Shown: one piece after another, positions 55,454 to 64,000 of the stretch
Layout of the letters: every line of letters begins with the position of its first letter
Position numbering within the stretch: position 1 is the stretch's first letter
DNA from: Octopus vulgaris
Taxonomy: Eukaryota
Length of the DNA stretch: 64,000 bases
NCBI GenBank assembly: GCA_951406725.2
Contig: OX597823.1
Location: forward strand, 7,440,001 to 7,504,000
Direction of reading: 5' to 3'
Made by a program: the position numbers and the translations under genes
The notes under the pieces: model-generated
The model's input: the letters and a program-made list of their open reading frames with translations, nothing else
Database searches by the model: none
Told to the model about the DNA's origin: nothing

Positions 55454-55627
55454 TATACACATACACACAACAGGTTTCTTTCAGTTTCTGCCTACCAAAT
55501 CCATAAATAAGGCCTGGGTCAGCCTGGAGCTGTAGTAGACGACACTTGCTCAGGTGCCTCATAGTGGGACTGAACTGGGAACCATGAGGTTTGGAAGTAA
55601 ACTTCTTACTACACAGTCATGCCTGTG

Positions 55628-55689
<62 letters not shown>

Positions 55690-56409
55690 TTGCTGTGTGG
55701 TAAGTAGCTTGCTTACCAACCACATGGTTCCGGGTTCAGTCCCACTGAGTAGCAACTTGGGCAAGTGTCTTCTACTCTAGCCTCGGGCCAACCAAAGCCT
55801 TGTGAGTGGATTTGGTAGACAGAAACTGAAAGAAGCCCGTCGTATATATGTATATATATATATATGTATGTGTGTGTGTATATGTTTGTGTATCTGTGTT
55901 TGTCGTCCCCCCTCCTCCAACATTGCTTGACAACTGATGCTGGTGTATGTACATCCCCATAACTTAGCGGTTCGGCAAAAGGGACCGATAGAATAAGTAC
56001 TAGGCTTACAAAGAATAAGTCCTGGGGTCGATTTGCTCGACTAAAGGCGGTGTTCCAGCATGGCCACAGTCAAATGACTGAAACAAGTATAGGAGTAAAA
56101 GAATATATATATATATATATATAGCAATTAAGGACAACTACTTAATAAGGAAAACTTAACAAGAAATTGTCAGGTAGATAGCGTGAAAACCTCATACATG
56201 CATACATACATGCATACATACATACATACATGCATACATACATACATACATACATACATGCATGCATGCATACATACATACATACATGCATACATACACA
56301 CACACACACACACACACACATAAATGTTGAACAATGAAAATGAGTGCTCAACACCACATTGGGGGAGACATTCAAACAGCCAGATAGATAGACAGACAGA
56401 CAAACAGAC

Positions 56410-56466
<57 letters not shown>

Positions 56467-56640
56467 TATACACATACACACAACAGGTTTCTTTCAGTTT
56501 CTGCCTACCAAATCCATAAATAAGGCCTGGGTCAGCCTGGAGCTGTAGTAGACGACACTTGCTCAGGTGCCTCATAGTGGGACTGAACTGGGAACCATGA
56601 GGTTTGGAAGTAAACTTCTTACTACACAGTCATGCCTGTG

Positions 56641-56690
<50 letters not shown>

Positions 56691-57114
56691 TTGCTGTGTG
56701 GTAAGTAGCTTGCTTACCAACCACATGGTTCCGGGTTCAGTCCCACTGAGTAGCAACTTGGGCAAGTGTCTTCTACTATAGCCTCGGGCCAACCAAAGCC
56801 TTGTGAGTGGATTTGGTAGACAGAAACTGAAAGAAGCCCGTCGTATATATGTACATACATATATGTATGTGTGTGTGTATATGTTTGTGTATCTGTGTTT
56901 GTCGTCCCCCTCCTCCAACATTGCTTGACAACTGATGCTGGTGTATGTACATCCCCATAACTTAGCGGTTCGGCAAAAGGGACCGATAGAATAAGTACTA
57001 GGCTTACAAAGAATAAGTCCTGGGGTCGATTTGCTCGACTAAAGGCGGTGTTCCAGCATGGCCACAGTCAAATGACTGAAACAAGTATAGGAGTAAAAGA
57101 ATATATATATATAT
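55186..57114. repeat. Tandem duplication of about 930 bp (about 55186-56121 and 56194-57114), each copy with two divergently oriented family B SINEs
   Basis: The unique segment AAATGTTGAACAATGAAAATGAGTGCTCAACACC and the SINE-specific variants are shared by both copies. Confidence 0.9.
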
Positions 57115-57567
57115 AAAGAAATGAGCAAAAAAGGAAGACAAAATGACAAGGACAGGTTTTAAGAGGAAGGGGAAGAGTCTTGCCTTTTCATCAGAATGAG
57201 GTAAAAAATAGAGGAGAAAAGGGTCTTGGAAGGAAAGAAAAAGTCATGGTTTCAGGTTGTAATACAGTTCCTTGATGAGGGGTTAGAAAGAAAGGATGTG
57301 GTGGGGTGGTGTGTACATGTATAGGAGAGGGCATCTAAGTATAGAGATGGGTAGAGGGGGAAGCGTGTATGTATGCGTGTTTCTTGGGAGAGTGTAAGCA
57401 TGTAGAAGCGTGAAAATGTGGGAGTGTAGTGATATGGGATGATGGGAGTGTGGGAAAATGCTGTGTAGGTGTGATTATACTGTAGGTGAGAGGAAGGAGG
57501 CATGTGGGGTGGTGAAAGGGAAAGTAGGAAAAATTTTGAAGAAAACAGTATAAATAGTGAGAAAAAT

Positions 57568-57723
57568 GAGTGGCTGTGTGGTAAGTAGCTTGCTAACCAA
57601 CCACACGGTTCCGGGTTCAGTCCCACTGCGTGGCACCTTGGGCAAGTGTCTTCTACTATAGCCTCGGGCCGACCAATGCCTTGTGAGTGGATTTGGTAGA
57701 CGGAAACTAAAAATAAGCCCGTC

Positions 57724-57766
<43 letters not shown>

Positions 57767-57982
57767 TGCGTGTATGTTTGTATGCCTGTGTTTGTCCCCC
57801 TAGCATTGCTTGACAACCGATGTGTTTATGTCCCCGTTACTTAGCGGTTCGGCAAAAGAGACCGATAGAATAAGTATTGGGCTTACAAAGAAAAAGTCCC
57901 GGGGTCGAGTTGCTCGACTAAAGGCGTTGCTCCAGCATGGCCACAGTCAACTGACTAAAACAAGTAAAAGAGTAAAAGAGTA
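57568..57982 (+). mobile_element. SINE family B
   Basis: Head through to tail. Confidence 0.88.
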
Positions 57983-58055
57983 TACTAAATGGATGCAAGC
58001 CATGCTTTTATCTGAAGTGCAGTAATCTACTTGTTTAGAACATATTCTTCTCTAC

Positions 58056-58444
58056 TCTAGGCACAAGGCCTGAAATTTTGGAGGAGGTGGGGTCAGTCAA
58101 TTAGATTGACTGCAGTGTGTGACTGGTACTTAATTTATCAACCCCGAAAGAATGAAAGGCAAAGTCGACCTTGGCAGAATTTGAACTCAGAATGTAAATC
58201 AGACGAAATACCTATTTCTTTACTACCCACAAGGGGCTAAACACAGAGGGGACAAACAAAGACAGGCAAACAGATTAAGTCGACTTCATCAACCCCAGTG
58301 CATAACTGGTACTTAATTTATCAACCCCGAAAGGATGAAAGGCAAAGTCGACCTTGGTGGAATTTGAACTCAGAATGTAAAGACAGACGAAATACCGCTA
58401 AGCATTTCACCCGGCATGCTAATGTTTCTGCCAACTTGTCGCCT
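58056..58444 (-). mobile_element. Dimeric SINE family A with CpG decay
   Basis: Two central-domain units; same architecture as 1455-2068. Confidence 0.85.
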
Positions 58445-58990
58445 TTTGTTAGGAACATATTGGCAATTTCAATAAAAGAAAATTTGGTTGTGTATACAGT
58501 TTAGTATTTTTCTTTTATTTATTTTCTTTTGTTATTTTTCTTACATTTATTCCACTGTTTTTTAATCATTGGACCATGGATATGGTAGTGTGTTTGTACT
58601 TCCACCCATCCATACAAAAATTCAAACAAACAACCCAAGAATAGGTTCTAGTAGAGATTCTGCCCACCAAATTCTGTTTACAAGGTATTAATCAACCTGA
58701 GGCTATGATACATGATACTTAAGGCCCAAGGTGCCATTATTTGAATGAAATCCAGACACACACACACATATAGGTGATGTCTTCTATATTTGGCTGCATT
58801 AATACATTTCATTACTTGTTTCAGTCATTAGATTCTGGCCATCCTGGGGCAACACCTTGAAGGGTTTTAATCAAACAAATCGTTCCCAGTACTTAATATA
58901 TTTTGCAAAGCCTGGTACTTAATATATTTATTCCTTTTGCCAAACCTTGTATATATATATATACACACACAACCCCACCATTTACCAACT

Positions 58991-59104
<114 letters not shown>

Positions 59105-59117
59105 TTTCATGTTTGCA

Positions 59118-59219
<102 letters not shown>

Positions 59220-61583
59220 TAACATAGATACAAAAACACACACACATACATACATACAAAACCATTTCAAAGTAAATATTGATATGTCAGTGTATGTGCA
59301 TGTTTGTGACTGAGTGTGTGTGTGTGTGTGTGTGTGTGCATGTTTATGACTGAGTGTGTGTGTGATGGGGCATGTATAAATATATCCATTTGTGTATGAG
59401 GTGGGGGTATAATCCTCCTCATTCTCATAAGTTTTAAGTCTGTTTCCCATGAAAGTATAAACTGTTATTTTAAGCTGCAACAAACCCATCACTGCAATTC
59501 CTTACAATCCTCTCTGCATAATACATCCATCATTTATCTGTACACAAACCTTGTAATTTTTTTCTTCTCTTTGATTATGTATACAGATGTAGATTTATTA
59601 AATCAGGCATTCTGTTGTTTTATTTCAAACCTTTTTTGTTTAACTGAAACTAGTGGATTAAGTGTAAAGACATATCTAAAGATCAGTTAAACCATTATAT
59701 ACCCTACTTTTGAAGAAAATAGCCTTTTCGCTTCTCAAGAAGGAATTATTATTGTTTCTTATGTAACCAAGTATTTATATATTTTTGTTAGCTATCTAAA
59801 TTATGTGTGTTTGAGAATATGGATCTCAGTAATTAAGATTTTAATTCTAGTTTAATACTTAGATATTACACTGTGTATTACTTGTGTCTGATTTGGAAAT
59901 GGGTACCGGTTCCACCTTTTTGCATAGCAGTTAATAGTAGAAATCTTATGATGTTGTTAAATATAATTTTATGAATGCATACAAAAATGTCAAGGGTAAA
60001 ACAAAGAAAAGAGGAAATAATTTTACATAGAATTTATTTCCAGCTTCATATTCTCTTGCTTCTTTTGTCTGCTCACATTGGTTTGTTCTTTCAAAGTTGT
60101 CACTTAAATGCAAACTACTTAAAACAGTGGCTGTAATTCAAATGCCAGAGATTTTTGCAGAACTGCTATTTTCTTGCCAGTCTTTGTATTTGACTGCTAG
60201 TAAGATTAATTGCAAAGTCCAGGACAACAGACTGCACAAAAATATGCCCACCACTACCCCACTTATGGAGTTCAGAGTATAAAATGCATTGTAAACTGTT
60301 TTACTTTCATGGCTAATTGAAAGCCTCATTCTATCTCTTCCTAAATTCTTCTTTTGTTGGTTCTTTTTATATATTTTTTTACTCCTTTTTACTTAGCACA
60401 CACTCTGGCTTGGCAGAGCACTTTAGCCACAGTTTGTCTTCTTTCTTCTCCTTTCGTTTCCCTTCTCCAACTTACAGTTCAGTAAATTTATGCATGAGAA
60501 GTTCTAACACATTTATAGCCTGATCTACTGTGTTTTTCTCTATTGTGTTTATCATCCTGTATTTATCATCTCTATTTCTGATCCCTTTCAACATTATTCT
60601 GCTCAAGCATTGACTAAAGCTGCCATGCTGAACATTAACTGGCAATGTCAGTTTTTCTCTACAGCATGTTTCACTTTTAATTCCTTAATTCTGTAAAAGT
60701 GTATTAAGTCACCTATTGAGGCTTAATAAAAAGATCACTAACCTTAGGAGAGTAGGCAACTTAAAATCACTGGGCACTGCAGCATGAAATAAAAGAAATA
60801 TGAGGCTTTGAAATACTGTGGAAGTAATATAAGAGGCAGCTCAATAAATGTATATCATATTGTATAGTATCAGCAAAGAAAGAGATATGGCTTTTTAATC
60901 CATGTAACTGCAGCACATCTAGGAAGATGGACATTTCAAATGAAAACCATCTAGTTTCCACTTTATGTTAGAGTGGTTGGCACTAAGAAGGCTATTTGGC
61001 TGTAAAACTATTGCTTTCATTAAACACATTCTGAGTTAATCAATGTCACCTCACATGTTAGAACAGAAGCTGCCAGGGGTGTGGCTGGACGTAGGCAAAT
61101 GAAAATGTATCAATGTTGGAAGATTGATGCTCAATAACAAAATTTAGGCTGATTATGTACATTTAATAATCTAAAGTACACATACTGTTATTAAAGTTGG
61201 ATAAGTATTCACAAAGTGTTGGAGGGGGGGGGGCATCTAAAGTAACAGGTTATTTAGATGTGAATATTGATTCGGAAATATTTTGAAGTTCCAGAAGTCA
61301 ATAATTTCAAATAGTTTTCTACACTGTTTACTATATACTATTGTATTCAAATATAATTCCATATACTTTAAATAAGTGACTGTATATTATGTTGTATCGT
61401 AACGAAGAGTCAAAAATGTCATCAGCTGAACTTTTGAAACTAAAAATTAGTTAAATTAAATTAAAGTATTTCTCAAAGTTTAAAATTAGTTCCTACTAAT
61501 CAATAAAATATTTGAAACATTTCACAGCCATCTCTTCATATACATGACAAAACATACATACTGGCACAGGCATATACACGCGC

Positions 61584-61647
<64 letters not shown>

Positions 61648-61738
61648 ACACACACACATACACACACATACACACATACACACACACAAATACACACACA
61701 CATACACACACACACACACATACACACACACATACACA

Positions 61739-61793
<55 letters not shown>

Positions 61794-62091
61794 GCATTTA
61801 GTTGTCCAATAAAGTAGTCTTCCATTCAGCCATGTCCAGCATTTGTTAATTTCCATTTCCAAACTTGGAAGGACCCTCAACAGGAAATCATTCAGTAAGA
61901 TACATTGACTGTTATGAGGCAAATTTATAATGTGCTATAAATAAAATATATGTGTACATACATGTTTACATTATATACATTACACTTACATGCATGCAAA
62001 CATACATTGATATAAAAGAAGGATTGTATCTAAGACAATGCAAAAGTGGGCATAACTTCTTTATTAACTGACATTGGCTGTTGTTGTTAGT

Positions 62092-62357
62092 TCCTTCTCG
62101 AGCCATGCCTGGCTCATAAGGGCCGGTTTCCCGGTTTCTTGGCGTATACGTTGCAGGTGAGCTGCAAAATGCAGGGGGAAAGAGTGAGAGAAAGTTGTGG
62201 CGAAAGAGTCAGCAGAAGTTCACCATTACCTTCTGCTGGAGCCGCATGGAGCTTAGGTGTTTCGCTCATAAACACACATATCACCTGGTCTGAGATTCGA
62301 ACCAGTGATCCCTCGACCGCGAGTCTGCTGCTCTAACCACTAGGCCATGTGCCTCCA
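62092..62357 (-). mobile_element. SINE family C variant inserted in a mariner 3' end
   Basis: Matches 14420-14714. Confidence 0.82.
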
Positions 62358-62359
62358 CT

Positions 62360-62835
62360 ACCGACGTCGGTCATTCAAAGTGTGCATGTTGGTAGAGTAA
62401 CTCTTCTTCTATACATATTTACTACTTTCCATTGTTTCCATTACAAGCAGTCATTGAACCCAATTCTCAAATTCTCTTTGAAAATATTCAAATGTGCACT
62501 GTTGTCCCCCTTTCTTCACAGTCACTTTCACCTCATCTGCATTATCAAATCATTGACTCTGAAGACATTGGACTGAACAGACAGAAGCTGGAGGGCACCA
62601 GATCCAAGCTGTATGGTGGATAGGGGGCCAGTGACCACTCTAATTTGCCAACTGCCAAATTTTTTGCCTAAGATATGTGTGGTCAAGCATTGTTGCGAAT
62701 TTGGATTGTTTTCAGATTATTGTTCAATTTCTTTCTTTCACGGGCTTTTTGAGTGTCTCAGTATACAGCTTGCTGTTCATGGTATAGCCATGTTCCAGAA
62801 AATCAAGGAGAATGACACCCTTGTTATCCACCCCA
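62360..62835 (-). pseudogene. Mariner transposase C-terminal fossil
   Basis: Manual translation: DNKGVILLDFLEHGYTMNSKLYTETLKK ... PYPPYSLDLVPSSFCLF ... FDNADEVK. Confidence 0.75.
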
Positions 62836-63215
62836 CATTGTAAAAAAAAAAGAAGAAAAAGAAAAATAATCACTGTGACTTTCTGCACCAGTTGTTGGTC
62901 CTTGAACTTCTTAGATCTTGGAGAAGAGTTTTCCTTGTTTTTAGATCACATTCCATCCCTTACTACCAAATTAAAGAAAGAAAAAAAAATGTTTCCAGCT
63001 AATGCCACTGCCAGGCCATGAGTATATTTAGCACAGTTCATGCTGTTGCAAGTGCCAATTGCTGGTTCTTGAACACCTTAGGTCTTGGAGAAGAGTCTTT
63101 GTTTTCGGATCATAACACATGCCCACATTCCATCCCCTGTCACCATATTAATAAAAGAAACAAAAAGTCTTCATTATCTCCAAATGCTTCCTGCAAATAC
63201 CACTGCCAGGGCCCT

Positions 63216-64000
63216 CAAATCAAATCAAATCAAAATAGACAAAATAGATGAACATCAATGGAATTTGTATCTTGTGGTACCAGTGCCTGTGGCACACAAG
63301 AAATCCATCAGTGCTGTAGTCAGTGCGGTGGGCACATGACAAACACCATCCGATCGTGGCCGTTCGCCAGCCTCATCTAGCACCTGTGTCGGTGGCACAT
63401 AAAAACACCATCCGAAGACCCGGCAAGACTAGTCAGGCCATAACCCATGGCCCCTACCTGGGACGTAGTCAGTCCACCTGTGCATACCTTCCTTCTTGTG
63501 ACACTTGTGAAGACCTGTTGAGGCAAGTGAAAATCAAAACAAATCAAAATAGATGAACATCAATGGAATTTGTATCTTTGTGGTACCAGTGCCGGTGGCA
63601 CGTGGCACACAAGAAAACCATCCGAACGTGGCCGTAGCCAGTACCGCATCGACTGGCCTCCGTGCTGTGGGCACGTAACAAGCACCATCTGATCGTGGCC
63701 GTTTGCCAGCCTCATCTGGCACCTGTGTCGGTGGCACATAAAAACACCATCCGAGCATGGCCGTCTGCCAGCCTCGTCTGGCACCTGTGTCGGTGGCACA
63801 TAAAAACACCATCCGAGCGTGGCCGTCTGCCAGCCTCGTCTGGCACCTGTGTCGGTGGCACATAAAAAACACCATCCGAGCGTGGCCGTTTGCCAGCCTC
63901 GTCTGGCACCTGTGTCGGTGGCACATAAAATCACCCACTACACTCTCGGAGTGGTTGGCGTTAGGAAGGGCATCCAGCTGTAGAAACACTGCCAGATCTG
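63216..64000 (+). repeat. Composite retroposon-like repeat with about 60-bp tandem subunits, running off the window end
   Basis: GTGGCCGT(C/T)TGCCAGCCTCRTCTGGCACCTGTGTCGGTGGCACATAAAAACACCATCCGA occurs four times at about 63690-63930 and once near 63350; it ends in GGTTGGCGTTAGGAAGGGCATCCAGC, an RTE-associated SINE motif. Confidence 0.75.

Noticed and set aside
61800-61920. Possible small exon bounded by CAG and GTAAG
   Set aside because: The minus strand reads like a decayed RTE C-terminus (LLRVLPSLE...AGHG*MED), so the splice-like sites are probably chance.
63690-63930. CRISPR-like regular repeats (also 36639-36756)
   Set aside because: Head-to-tail tandem units with no unique spacers, no cas genes and a eukaryotic context.

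Overview
AT-rich, microsatellite-saturated eukaryotic DNA, most likely intron or intergenic sequence from an octopus (inferred from the SINE families). I recognise no host protein-coding exon, and nearly all listed ORFs are microsatellite or SINE artefacts. The window holds dozens of tRNA-derived SINEs from at least 3 families, a 5'-inverted RTE LINE, CR1, RTE and R4-like remnants, maT (DD37D) and mariner fossils, a solo LTR, and non-autonomous Helitrons and hAT, Merlin-like and pogo-like MITEs, often nested. The most notable unannotated signal is a set of type I hammerhead ribozyme motifs with palindromic stem III in three different small repeat families. One sits in a 492-nt unit present as a 1.45-mer (retrozyme or Penelope-like), and one is the tail of a tRNA-headed SINE arranged head-to-head. 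All coordinates were read by eye, and TE boundaries without a target-site duplication (TSD) are approximate.
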